This document shows positions 14,813 through 23,808 of a stretch of 32,000 bases of DNA, one piece after another. This DNA is from Pirellula staleyi DSM 6068 (GTDB lineage Bacteria > Planctomycetota > Planctomycetia > Pirellulales > Pirellulaceae): the NCBI GenBank assembly GCA_000025185.1, contig CP001848.1, positions 300,001-332,000 of the forward strand, read 5' to 3'. The translations under genes were made by a program, and so were the position numbers. The notes below the pieces were generated by a model that was given only the letters and a program-made list of their open reading frames with translations, did no database searches and was not told where the DNA came from. The first letter of the stretch is position 1; each line of letters begins with the position of its first letter.

Positions 14813-16078
14813 TTACCGATCGATTTGACGGAGCGCGGCGAGCAGGCGTTCGACCTCGTGATGCGTGTTGTAGTGCACCATGCCGACACGTAGCATGCCA
14901 GCGGGCTCGCGTCCGAGTCGCTCGCTGAGATTCAAGGCGTAGTAGTTGCCGTGCCATGCAAACAGGCCCCGCTCGCCCAACTCGATCGCAAGTTGTCGTG
15001 GCGTAATCGTAGTGTGAATGAGCGAGAAAGTAGCGACGCGCTCCTCGAGTCGCGCTAGATCGGTGATTCCCATCACACGATAGTGCGAAAGCTCACGCAT
15101 CCCGCGCAAGAATTGCTCTGCGAGCGAGCGCTCGTGGGCTGCGATCCGGGCATAGCTTTGCGCGAGCTTTTCGCGGCGCGATTGCTGGCCGGATGAAACG
15201 CCCTCCACAGCGGCATGCAAATTGGCCAGGTATTCGATGCACGCCAGCACTCCAGCAATCGATTCGTGGCTCTGCGTGCCGGTCATCCATTTGCCCGGAA
15301 GATCGGTGGGACTGGGGCGCACTTTGTAAGCCTCGAGCGACTCGAGTAGTGCCCGTTTACCCCACAGAATGCCCGTGTGAGGGCCAAAGAACTTGTACGC
15401 GCTGCAGGCCAGAAAATCGCAGCCGATTTGCTGAACGTCGGGAAGTTGATGCGGCGACAGATGAACTGCATCGATGTAGACGAGTGCTCCCCCGCGCTGG
15501 GCTCGCGCTGTGATTTCGCGAATCGGGTTCACACCCCCGGTGCTGTTCGAAGCAGCTCCCACCGCCACCAGCCGCGTGCGCGGCGAGAGGATGGCATCGA
15601 GCTGCGACAAATCGAGCGTGAGGTCCTCGTCGCGCACATCGATCCAGCGAACGGTCACTCCCGCATCGCGCGCGGCGAGTACCCACGGGCTTACGTTGGC
15701 ATCGTGATCGAGCCGCGTCACGACGATTTCGTCCCCCGGTTTCCAGGTTCGCGCAATCGCGCGGCTGATGGCGAACGTCAGCGAGGTCATATTCTGACCA
15801 AAGATGATCTCGCCAGGATCGCTCGCGCCGACGAACTCCGCGCACGCCAGGTGGGCCGCATCGAGCATCGCATCGCTGGCGATCGCGGTGGCAAATAGTC
15901 CACCATGATTCGCGCTGTTCTTCGACAGATAATGCACCATCGCATCGATCACTGGCTGCGGCACCTGTGTCCCCGCAGGGCCATCGAAGTACGCCGCAGG
16001 TTCCCCCGCCACTTCCACCGCGAGAGCAGGAAACTGCGCACGAATCTTGGTTAGCTGCTCGTGAGTAAATCCGTTCAC
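14813..16078 (-). CDS. Class V aminotransferase-fold (SufS/CsdA-like) PLP enzyme lacking the catalytic cysteine
   Basis: PLP-lysine context ACSAYKFFGPHTGILWG. The C-terminus GLFAWHGNYYALNL...VGMVHYNTHHEVERL aligns by eye with E. coli SufS GIAVRTGHHCAMPL...LAMYNTHEEVDRL. GTG start at 16078 with AGGAA 7 nt upstream. Confidence 0.85.
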   Translation of the reverse strand: MNGFTHEQLTKIRAQFPALAVEVAGEPAAYFDGPAGTQVPQPVIDAMVHYLSKNSANHGGLFATAIASDAMLDAAHLACAEFVGASDPGEIIFGQNMTSLTFAISRAIARTWKPGDEIVVTRLDHDANVSPWVLAARDAGVTVRWIDVRDEDLTLDLSQLDAILSPRTRLVAVGAASNSTGGVNPIREITARAQRGGALVYIDAVHLSPHQLPDVQQIGCDFLACSAYKFFGPHTGILWGKRALLESLEAYKVRPSPTDLPGKWMTGTQSHESIAGVLACIEYLANLHAAVEGVSSGQQSRREKLAQSYARIAAHERSLAEQFLRGMRELSHYRVMGITDLARLEERVATFSLIHTTITPRQLAIELGERGLFAWHGNYYALNLSERLGREPAGMLRVGMVHYNTHHEVERLLAALRQIDR

Positions 16079-16174
16079 AAACCAATTCCTCGAATGAAAG
16101 GAAAGAGCCGAGTGGAAAGAACAGAGGCTTAAGAAAGAGGCGTTTTCGCCAAGGAAACAGGCGTGTCTTGCCCT

Positions 16175-17455
16175 TTACGCCAGGTTTCGCTGATCGACAA
16201 ATCGTCGACCTTTTCCTTCGTAGCGTGGAAGCGAGCCGAGCTTAACGCAGGCCACTTCGATTTTCAGACCGAGTCGCAGATGTAGCTCGCGCATGATCCG
16301 CTCGGGAGTTTCGAGTCGATCTTCGACTTCGATCGTCAGGGCGTCCATCGCGCCAGCTTTACGAACCAACACGCGATACTCAACTACCTCCGGGAAGCTG
16401 CGCAAGATCTGCTCGATCGCAGTCGGGAAGATATTCACGCCACGCACGATGAGCATATCGTCGACGCGCCCGAGCACACCCCCTTCGAGCAACACGAGTC
16501 CTTTGCCCGACTCTGGAAAACGAGGGCGCACAAGATCTCCGGTGCGATAGCGAACGACAGGACTTCCCATGCGACCAAGCGGCGTGAGAACAAGTTCGGA
16601 GAGTTCATTATCGGTGGCCGCTTCACCCGACTCGAGCGACAAGAACTCGGCGACGAACTCAACTTCGTTCACTAGCAGCCCGCGCGACTGTGGATCACTA
16701 AAGCCCCAAGGCCCCACTTCGCTCGCGCCGGCATGGTCGATCAGTTTGGCATTCCAGGCGGCCTCGATCCGTTTGCGAATCGCCGGAATCGAGCCTCCCG
16801 GCTCTCCCGCCACAATGATGCGCCGCACTTCGAGTCCAGCCGTATCGATTTGGTTATCTGCGGCCACCTCCGCGAGATGCTGTGCGTAACTGGGGGTGCA
16901 GAGTAGCACGGTCGCTTGGCACGAACGAATCATCTCGAGTCGAGCCAGCGTGCTCATCCCCCCCGAGGGAATCACCAGTGATCCGCGGGCAATGGCCGCA
17001 TCGTGAGCACTCCAAAAACCGATGAAAGGTCCGAACGAAAAAGCGAGGAAGACGCGGTCTTCGGCACCCACTTCAGCAGCGTCGAGAATGTATTGCCAGC
17101 AGTCGATCCACCAGAGCCAATCGTCGGGGGTATCGAGGACTGCGAGCGGCCGGCCGCGTGTGCCGCTCGTTTGGTGATAGCGGGTATAGCACGAGAGCGG
17201 ATAGGTCAAATTGGCTGCAAACTCGCCCGGGAAGCGGCTGCTGGCGAGCTCTTCTTTGTACGTAAAGGGACACTCGGCAAACGCTTCGAGCGACGGAAGC
17301 GGCAGGTCGACCGACTGCAGCTTATCGGCGTAAAAACGATTGTGCGGCACCACGCTCGCCAGCAGCTGATTGAGCTTCTGGAGTTGATGGGCGCGGATCG
17401 TTTCGCGCGGGGCGCTACGGGCGGTTTGTCGCTCTTCGGCTGTGGTTCGTAACAT
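16175..17455 (-). CDS. Phenylacetate-CoA ligase (PaaK) / coenzyme F390 synthetase-family adenylating enzyme
   Basis: YHQTSGTRGRP P-loop-like motif, YRTGD, and GRVDDMLIVRGVNIFP (PaaK-family GR.DDM.I.RGVN.FP). The track ORF starts at 17617, but the first 54 aa are R/S/G-rich and non-homologous. ATG 17455 (MLRTTAEERQ) is preferred. Confidence 0.85.
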   Translation of the reverse strand: MLRTTAEERQTARSAPRETIRAHQLQKLNQLLASVVPHNRFYADKLQSVDLPLPSLEAFAECPFTYKEELASSRFPGEFAANLTYPLSCYTRYHQTSGTRGRPLAVLDTPDDWLWWIDCWQYILDAAEVGAEDRVFLAFSFGPFIGFWSAHDAAIARGSLVIPSGGMSTLARLEMIRSCQATVLLCTPSYAQHLAEVAADNQIDTAGLEVRRIIVAGEPGGSIPAIRKRIEAAWNAKLIDHAGASEVGPWGFSDPQSRGLLVNEVEFVAEFLSLESGEAATDNELSELVLTPLGRMGSPVVRYRTGDLVRPRFPESGKGLVLLEGGVLGRVDDMLIVRGVNIFPTAIEQILRSFPEVVEYRVLVRKAGAMDALTIEVEDRLETPERIMRELHLRLGLKIEVACVKLGSLPRYEGKGRRFVDQRNLA

Positions 17456-17643
17456 AGATGTCGATAATACGACTCTCGCAATCGCGAAACCAGTACCGCT
17501 GAAGTTCGCCGGAGTCGACTCTGCCCGGTTGCTCACTTCCGCTCGAGCCGGGATAACTAGCGGTCCCACCTTGGTTTTGCTTCCGCGCCGGTTGCCCGAT
17601 CGGCGCTTGGCGATCATTCGTACGTCAGCCGTAGTAAGTCTTT

Positions 17644-19041
17644 ATGTCACGCTCTCCCAAAACGCCTGCCCCTCAATCGGCCGATGATTCGAGCCAGCTC
17701 GCCTCGACCTCCACGGGCCGCGGCAGTTTGCTCGTCATTTTTCTGACGGTGTTTGTGGATCTCTTAGGGTTTGGCATGGTGCTTCCCATCGTGCCACTTT
17801 ACGCCAAATCGTTTAGCGAAAAGTACGCACTCGAGGCATGGCAAACCGGTCTGCTGATCGGCGCGCTGATGTCGAGTTTTTCCCTGATGCAATTTTTACT
17901 CGTCCCGTTTTGGGGGCGTTTGAGCGACCATTATGGTCGTCGGCCGATCATTCTGATTGGTCTGGCAGGGGCAACATTTTTCTACGCCCTGTTTGGTGTG
18001 GCGACCGCGATGCAAAGCCTGACGCTGATGTTCGTCGCGCGTATCGGAGCTGGCATCGCTGGCGCAACGATCGCCACCGCGCAGGCTTACATTGCCGACA
18101 GCACAACGACCAAAAATCGCAACAAAGGTATGGCTTTGATCGGTGCCGCGTTCGCGCTCGGCTTCACACTCGGCCCGACACTTGGTGGCGTTGCGATTCT
18201 TGCTGGTGGCGCAATACATCTGAGTCCTTGGCCCGGCTATGCCGCTGGCTTGTTCTCGGGTGTAGCGCTGCTGCTTGCTATTTTCTGTCTCCCCGAGTCG
18301 CTTCGTCCCGGCAGCGAAAAGGCCCACTCAAAACTGTTCGATCGCGAGGCACTCGCGGCCGCACTACGGATCCCCACGATCGGCACCTTGCTGCTGACAT
18401 CGTTCCTCGCCGTCTTCTCGTTCGGCAATTTCGAATCGACGTTGTCGCTGCAAATCGACACGATGGTGCAGAAGCAAACGTCGCCTGAAACAACCCCGGC
18501 GTTCCTCGCATCGCTCTTACGTTTTGCGAACTGGCTGGGGCACGAGAGCCCCGACAATGTGAAGCTGATTGTGGTGCTCGCGGTATTTGCTTATCTCGGC
18601 TTAGTCCTCACGATTGTGCAAGGATTTGTCGTCCGCCGTCTCGCGGGAAAAGTACCCGAAACAACGATGGCGATCATTGGCAGCGTGCTTGCCACTGTCG
18701 GGTTTTTAATCCTGGGGCTTGCTGCGATGCGTGCCGATTTTCACTTGCTTTTGATTGCGATGGCGGTGGAAGTATCGGGCTTTGCGCTCGTGAATCCGTC
18801 GCTTCAGTCGCTTATTTCGCGGCGCAGTGATCCAGCGGTACAAGGGGGAATTTTGGGACTCGCGCAAAGCACATCGTCGCTAGCGCGTATCTTGGGTCCC
18901 GTGTTTGGAAACTATCTTTTTTCACGCAGCGTTGGTGCGCCGTTCTGGGCAGCTGCCGTGCTGATGGTGCTGGCCGTGGTGATGATGTTCTTTACGATCG
19001 GCGCAAAGCAAGACTTCACCCCTGAAACCAAAGCGGTTTAG
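17644..19041 (+). CDS. MFS transporter (DHA1 / drug-H+ antiporter-like)
   Basis: About 12 hydrophobic helices. MFS motif A is GRLSDHYGRRPIILIGL. Divergent from the PaaK-like gene across a 188-bp intergenic region. Confidence 0.85.
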   Translation: MSRSPKTPAPQSADDSSQLASTSTGRGSLLVIFLTVFVDLLGFGMVLPIVPLYAKSFSEKYALEAWQTGLLIGALMSSFSLMQFLLVPFWGRLSDHYGRRPIILIGLAGATFFYALFGVATAMQSLTLMFVARIGAGIAGATIATAQAYIADSTTTKNRNKGMALIGAAFALGFTLGPTLGGVAILAGGAIHLSPWPGYAAGLFSGVALLLAIFCLPESLRPGSEKAHSKLFDREALAAALRIPTIGTLLLTSFLAVFSFGNFESTLSLQIDTMVQKQTSPETTPAFLASLLRFANWLGHESPDNVKLIVVLAVFAYLGLVLTIVQGFVVRRLAGKVPETTMAIIGSVLATVGFLILGLAAMRADFHLLLIAMAVEVSGFALVNPSLQSLISRRSDPAVQGGILGLAQSTSSLARILGPVFGNYLFSRSVGAPFWAAAVLMVLAVVMMFFTIGAKQDFTPETKAV

Positions 19042-19059
19042 CCGAGCTTGAGCAGCCTC

Positions 19060-20607
19060 TTATCGCCAGCGAAGAATCGATTTGAGTAGCCAGGCAACAC
19101 TGGGTGTGAGTCGCGTCTTGTTAAACTGATCCCCGAGTCGCTTGAGCATTTCGATTTGGGTGGGATAGCAATGCACCACGCTGGCGAGCGTGCCAAGCGG
19201 TAGTTTTTGGGTCACCAGCAGCGACAGCTCGCCGATCATGTCCCCCGCATTCCGAGCCACGATCGTCGCGCCTAATACCTTGCCAGTCCCTTTCGCGCAG
19301 TGCACCAGTGCGAAGCCTTGCGTATCCCCTTCGATTGCCGCACGATCGTTACGCGTGATCTCTTCGCGATACGAAGTGAACGGAATGTTCTTTTCGCTGA
19401 GTTGGCTGGCGGTGAGGCCAATGCTTGCGATCTCGGGATCGGTGTAGGTGCAGCGCGGGATGACGAGTTGCGACAGCCGCTTGCTCCCAAAAAAGAAGGC
19501 GTTTTGTAGCACCGCGCGCGACATCGCGTCGGCTGCATGGGTGAAGAGCTGTCGACCAATCACGTCGCCCGAGGCATAGATTTTCGGATTAGACGTTTGC
19601 AAAAAATCGTTCACTTCAATCCCACGCGAGGTGTACTTCACACCAGCCACCTCGAGCCCCAGATCCGCCACGTTCGGCTGTCGTCCGGCAGCAATCAGGA
19701 TTTTGTCGACAACAATTTTTTGCGGCCCTGCTGCTTGGCCGCCAGCGAACTTCAGCTCGACTTCGATAACGCCGTGCTGCTGCGATGTGCGAGCCACTTC
19801 GCACGCGGTGTAAACGGCAATCGATTCGTTGGCAAACTGCTGGGCAACGATCGCTGAAGCATCGGGCTCGTCGTGAGGGAGTAAACGATCAGGGCGCTGC
19901 ACGATCGTGACACGGCTTCCCAGCCTCGCGAACGCCTGGGCAAGTTCGCAGCCAATCGGCCCACCACCGACGACCAAAAGCCGCTGAGGTAACTCGGTGA
20001 GCGAAAACACCGTTTCGTTGGTGAGATAGCCCACGTCTCGTAGCCCCGCAATTTCAGGAATCGCCGCACGACCTCCCGTGGCAATGCAAGCGCGACGAAA
20101 CCGAAGTGTTTGGCCACCGACTTCGATCGTCTCGGGGCTTGTGAACTTCGCCCCGCCGAGGTGCACATCGACACCTAGCTTCGTAAAGCGCTCGGCCGAA
20201 TCGTGCTCGCTGATCGCTGCCCGGCGCGCTCGTAGACGCTGCATGACTGCGGCGAAATCAACTTGCACTTCTCCCTGAAGATTCACTCCGAGATGAGCTG
20301 TGTGTCGCGCGTCATAAGCAGCTTGCGCACTTGCCAGCAGGGCTTTGCTCGGGACACATCCGAAGTTCAAACAGTCGCCGCCCAGCAGATGCTTTTCGAC
20401 CAGCGCACTAGCTGCGCCGAGCCCAGCCGCGCCGAGGGCGGCGATGATTCCAGCGGTTCCGCCTCCAATCGCCACCATGTTGTAGACCGGCTTGGCACTA
20501 GGATTTTTCCAGGCCGGAGGATGCGTGCGCGCGACGAGCAACTGGTTATGTTCATCGCGCGGCTCGATCACAACCGCGTGCTCTCGGGGGTTCTCGCTGG
20601 GCATCAT
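19060..20607 (-). CDS. FAD-dependent pyridine nucleotide-disulfide oxidoreductase (dihydrolipoyl dehydrogenase / mercuric reductase-like class I)
   Basis: AIGGGTAGIIAA FAD-binding motif, redox-active GGDCLNFGCVPSK, second Rossmann VVGGGPIGCELA, and dimerisation-domain VHCYPTQIE. I saw no MerA-type N-terminal metal-binding domain. Confidence 0.85.
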   Translation of the reverse strand: MMPSENPREHAVVIEPRDEHNQLLVARTHPPAWKNPSAKPVYNMVAIGGGTAGIIAALGAAGLGAASALVEKHLLGGDCLNFGCVPSKALLASAQAAYDARHTAHLGVNLQGEVQVDFAAVMQRLRARRAAISEHDSAERFTKLGVDVHLGGAKFTSPETIEVGGQTLRFRRACIATGGRAAIPEIAGLRDVGYLTNETVFSLTELPQRLLVVGGGPIGCELAQAFARLGSRVTIVQRPDRLLPHDEPDASAIVAQQFANESIAVYTACEVARTSQQHGVIEVELKFAGGQAAGPQKIVVDKILIAAGRQPNVADLGLEVAGVKYTSRGIEVNDFLQTSNPKIYASGDVIGRQLFTHAADAMSRAVLQNAFFFGSKRLSQLVIPRCTYTDPEIASIGLTASQLSEKNIPFTSYREEITRNDRAAIEGDTQGFALVHCAKGTGKVLGATIVARNAGDMIGELSLLVTQKLPLGTLASVVHCYPTQIEMLKRLGDQFNKTRLTPSVAWLLKSILRWR

Positions 20608-20645
20608 GGCGGTCCCTTACTCGTCGATGACTGAAGCTGATTCAT

Positions 20646-23513
20646 TTAGCGCGAGAGAACCGACTTCAAAAATTTCGCGGTGTTGCTGAGCTTGTTTTCG
20701 GCAACTTCTTCGGGTGTTCCTGTGGCGACAATCTGCCCACCACCGGCGCCCCCTTCGGGTCCCATGTCGATGATCCAGTCGGCCGATTTCATCACATCGA
20801 GATTGTGTTCGATCACAACCACGGTGTTGCCGCGATCGACCAGTTTTTGCAGCACGCCGAGTAGCAAACGAATGTCGTCGGTGTGAAGTCCCGTCGTTGG
20901 TTCGTCGAGCAGATAGAGGGTGTTACCACTATCCACGCGGGCCAGTTCGGTTGCGAGCTTAATGCGTTGCGACTCGCCACCACTGAGTGTGGTGCTCGAT
21001 TGACCGAGGCTCAAATAGCCCAGTCCGACCGACGACAGACACTCGAGATAGCGGTGAATCGCTGAAAAACTGCTGAAAAAATCTGTTGCCTCTTCGATCG
21101 ACATGGCCAGTACATCGGCAATCGACTTGTCGCGAAATTTCACCGCCAAAGTTTGCGGCGAGAATCGTTTGCCACCGCAGTGATCGCATTCCACGAACAG
21201 ATCGGGAAGGAAATTCATCTCGATTCGTTTGAGGCCTTGCCCCTGACAATGTTCGCAGCGACCACCGGTCACATTGAAACTAAAGCGACTCGCTTTGAAA
21301 CCGAGTTGACGTGCTTCCTTGGTTTGCGCGTAGACTTTTCGAATCTCGTCAAACGCGCCGATGTAGGTCGCGGGATTGCTGCGCGGTGAACGACCAATCG
21401 GCGATTGATCGATACCGATCACACGATCGATGGTCTCGAAGCCATTGAGCGATTGATGATCGAGTGGACGCGGCGCGATGCCACCCAGTTTGCGAATGAG
21501 CGCGTGCGCGAGGGTTTCGGTGATCAGCGTGCTCTTGCCACTGCCACTCACGCCGGTGATTGCCACGAGCGTGGCAAGCGGAATGTGCGCAGTGACGTTC
21601 TTCAAATTGTTCGCCGTCGCACCTTCCACTGTCAGCATCCGCTGCTTGTTGGTCTTGCGTCTTTCCTTGGGAATTTCGATCTTTTTCGTCCCCGCGAGAT
21701 ACTTCCCGGTGATCGATTCTTCACAAGCAGCGACGTCGGCTGGCGTCCCTTGCGCCACCACGGTGCCACCATGCGAACCCGCGCCGGGACCAATGTCGAT
21801 CAGCCAATCAGCCTCGCGCATCATTGTTTCATCGTGCTCAACGACAATCACACTCGTTCGCTGCTGCTGAAGTTTGCGGAGCGCAGCAATCAGGCGATCG
21901 TTGTCGCGCGGATGAAGGCCAATCGAAGGTTCGTCGAGGATGTAGCAAACACCGGTGAGACCACTGCCAATTCCCGAGGCTAATCGAACACGCTGAAACT
22001 CGCCGCCACTGAGCGTATCGGTGCTGCGAGCGAGGGTGAGATAGTCGAGACCTACTTGCGAAAGAAATCCCAGCCGCGCGACGAGATCCGCCAGGATCGG
22101 CTCGGCCACTTCTTCATCGTCGCCGAAGAATTTCAGCTTCTCGATAAACGTTCGTGCATCGGCAATGGCGAGGCTCGTCAGTTCGTGAATGTTTTTGCCT
22201 GCGATGCGTACAGCAAGGGCCTCGGGACGGAGTCGCGAACCATCACATGCTGGACAAACCAGGTTGCCACGATAGCGTTCGAGTTCTTCTTTACGCGCGG
22301 CGTCGGTCGCGGTTGCATACTCCTGCTCGAGCAGATTCAGCAGCCCAATGAAGCCCTTCTCGTCACCTTGCAGAAGGGTTGCGAATCGTTTTTCCGTTAA
22401 GGAATTCCAAGGTGTCGCTGCATCGGCACCAATCGATTCGAGATACTTCATTAGCGCGCTACGCAACTTTGCTAGTGCGGCATTCTTCATCCCCTTCCAC
22501 GGCTTTACGACCCCAGCGGTGAGCGAAAGTGAAAGATCGGGGAGGACTAACTCGCGATCAAACTGCGGGCGAGTGCCCAGACCTTCACAGGTGGGACACG
22601 CACCATAGGGACTGTTGAAACTAAACGTGCGCGGCTCGATTTCTTCGAGGCTGACATCGCAGTTCGGGCAAGCATAAAGCGTGCTATAGATCCGCTCGGT
22701 CCAAAGTCCTTCGGTACTCTCGCCTCGGTCCTGCGCATCTTTTTGTACCGTGGGATCGAGGTAGCAAACGCCGAGCACTCCCTCGCCATGACGCAAAGCA
22801 AGTTGCACCGATTCGGCGAGTCGACTGCGCACTCCTTCGCGCAAGATGATGCGATCGACAATCGCTTCGATCGTGTGATTCTTGCGCGGATCGAGTGCCG
22901 GTATCGACTCGAGGTCGAGCACTTGTCCGTCGACACGCACGCGCACTAAACCAGCAGCCCGAATTTTTTGAATCGCTTCGGCATGCGCCCCTTTGCGACC
23001 ACGCACCAGCGGCGCGAGAAGCATCAGACGTGTTCCCTCGGCGAGCGAGGAAAGCGATTGCTCGATCTGCTCGGCCGATTGCTGACGAATCGGTTGACCA
23101 CAGCCATGACAACAGATCTCGCCCAGGCGCGCGTAGAGAAGTCGCAAAAAGTCGTAGATTTCGGTCGAGGTGGCCACCGTCGAGCGCGACCCTTGCACGC
23201 CGGGCCGCTGGTCGATGCAAATGGTCGGCTGCAAGCCTTCAATCAGGTCGACATCGGGGCGCTCGAGTTGGTTGAGGAACTGCCGCGCGTAGGTCGAGAG
23301 ACTTTCGATGTACTGCCGCTGCCCCTCGGCAAACAGCGTGTCGAACGCCAGGCTACTTTTTCCGCTACCACTTTTGCCTGTGATCACCACCAGTTGATCG
23401 CGCGGGATATCGAGATCGATGTTCTTCAGGTTGTGCGTACGCGCGCCGCGAATGCGGATCACGCGCGCGGCTTGCTCAGAGCGTGACGTCGGCTGTGGCA
23501 TGGCGAGCGACAT
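20646..23513 (-). CDS. uvrA: Excinuclease ABC subunit A
   Basis: 955 aa. Two ABC modules with Walker A GKSGSGKSSLAF and GVSGSGKSTL, and LSGGE signatures twice. Zinc-finger Cys pairs are CPNC..CPTC, CPAC and CEHCQGQG..CDHCGG. N-terminal IRIRGARTHNLKNIDLDIPR. Confidence 0.95.
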   Translation of the reverse strand: MSLAMPQPTSRSEQAARVIRIRGARTHNLKNIDLDIPRDQLVVITGKSGSGKSSLAFDTLFAEGQRQYIESLSTYARQFLNQLERPDVDLIEGLQPTICIDQRPGVQGSRSTVATSTEIYDFLRLLYARLGEICCHGCGQPIRQQSAEQIEQSLSSLAEGTRLMLLAPLVRGRKGAHAEAIQKIRAAGLVRVRVDGQVLDLESIPALDPRKNHTIEAIVDRIILREGVRSRLAESVQLALRHGEGVLGVCYLDPTVQKDAQDRGESTEGLWTERIYSTLYACPNCDVSLEEIEPRTFSFNSPYGACPTCEGLGTRPQFDRELVLPDLSLSLTAGVVKPWKGMKNAALAKLRSALMKYLESIGADAATPWNSLTEKRFATLLQGDEKGFIGLLNLLEQEYATATDAARKEELERYRGNLVCPACDGSRLRPEALAVRIAGKNIHELTSLAIADARTFIEKLKFFGDDEEVAEPILADLVARLGFLSQVGLDYLTLARSTDTLSGGEFQRVRLASGIGSGLTGVCYILDEPSIGLHPRDNDRLIAALRKLQQQRTSVIVVEHDETMMREADWLIDIGPGAGSHGGTVVAQGTPADVAACEESITGKYLAGTKKIEIPKERRKTNKQRMLTVEGATANNLKNVTAHIPLATLVAITGVSGSGKSTLITETLAHALIRKLGGIAPRPLDHQSLNGFETIDRVIGIDQSPIGRSPRSNPATYIGAFDEIRKVYAQTKEARQLGFKASRFSFNVTGGRCEHCQGQGLKRIEMNFLPDLFVECDHCGGKRFSPQTLAVKFRDKSIADVLAMSIEEATDFFSSFSAIHRYLECLSSVGLGYLSLGQSSTTLSGGESQRIKLATELARVDSGNTLYLLDEPTTGLHTDDIRLLLGVLQKLVDRGNTVVVIEHNLDVMKSADWIIDMGPEGGAGGGQIVATGTPEEVAENKLSNTAKFLKSVLSR

Positions 23514-23808
23514 GGGAATAGGCCGTGATACAAGCGGTGAACGATGCGGAATTCAAACCGACCTCGTAGTATACCGCTGCTGTACACCAGGATGCGGCAC
23601 TGAACTGCGGTGAGCACGCGATTGACTGGCGGGAAGTGCTGCGTTGGTCGCGAGTTGCGATGGTGCAATGGGTGTGGGCGCAAGCCTGCCCGACAGGAAT
23701 TGCTGTTCGAACAATCTTCTGCTTCTCATAGGTCGGCTGGCGTGGTACTCTCTGGAATCTTGCCTGACCGCCTCTCCGCTCACCTCGCAATTTACTGGGA
23801 CTTTCTGC

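Noticed and set aside
14813-16078. Hypothesis that the ligase plus desulfurase-like pair makes a thiocarboxylate by persulfide attack on an acyl-adenylate
   Set aside because: The desulfurase-like protein lacks the catalytic cysteine (WHGNYYA loop), so persulfide chemistry is not supported.
17465-17475. TAATACGACTC, an 11-nt match to the start of the phage T7 promoter consensus
   Set aside because: The match stops before the essential CACTATAG part, no phage RNA polymerase or phage genes are nearby, and a chance match is most likely.
20608-23713. Looked for a recognisable SOS (LexA) box upstream of uvrA, and for operon coupling of uvrA with the downstream flavoprotein reductase (38-bp gap)
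   Set aside because: I found no CTGT-N8-ACAG, GAAC-N4-GTTC or GTTC-N7-GTTC site. Only the atypical palindrome is reported, as a low-interest finding. Co-transcription cannot be judged from sequence alone.
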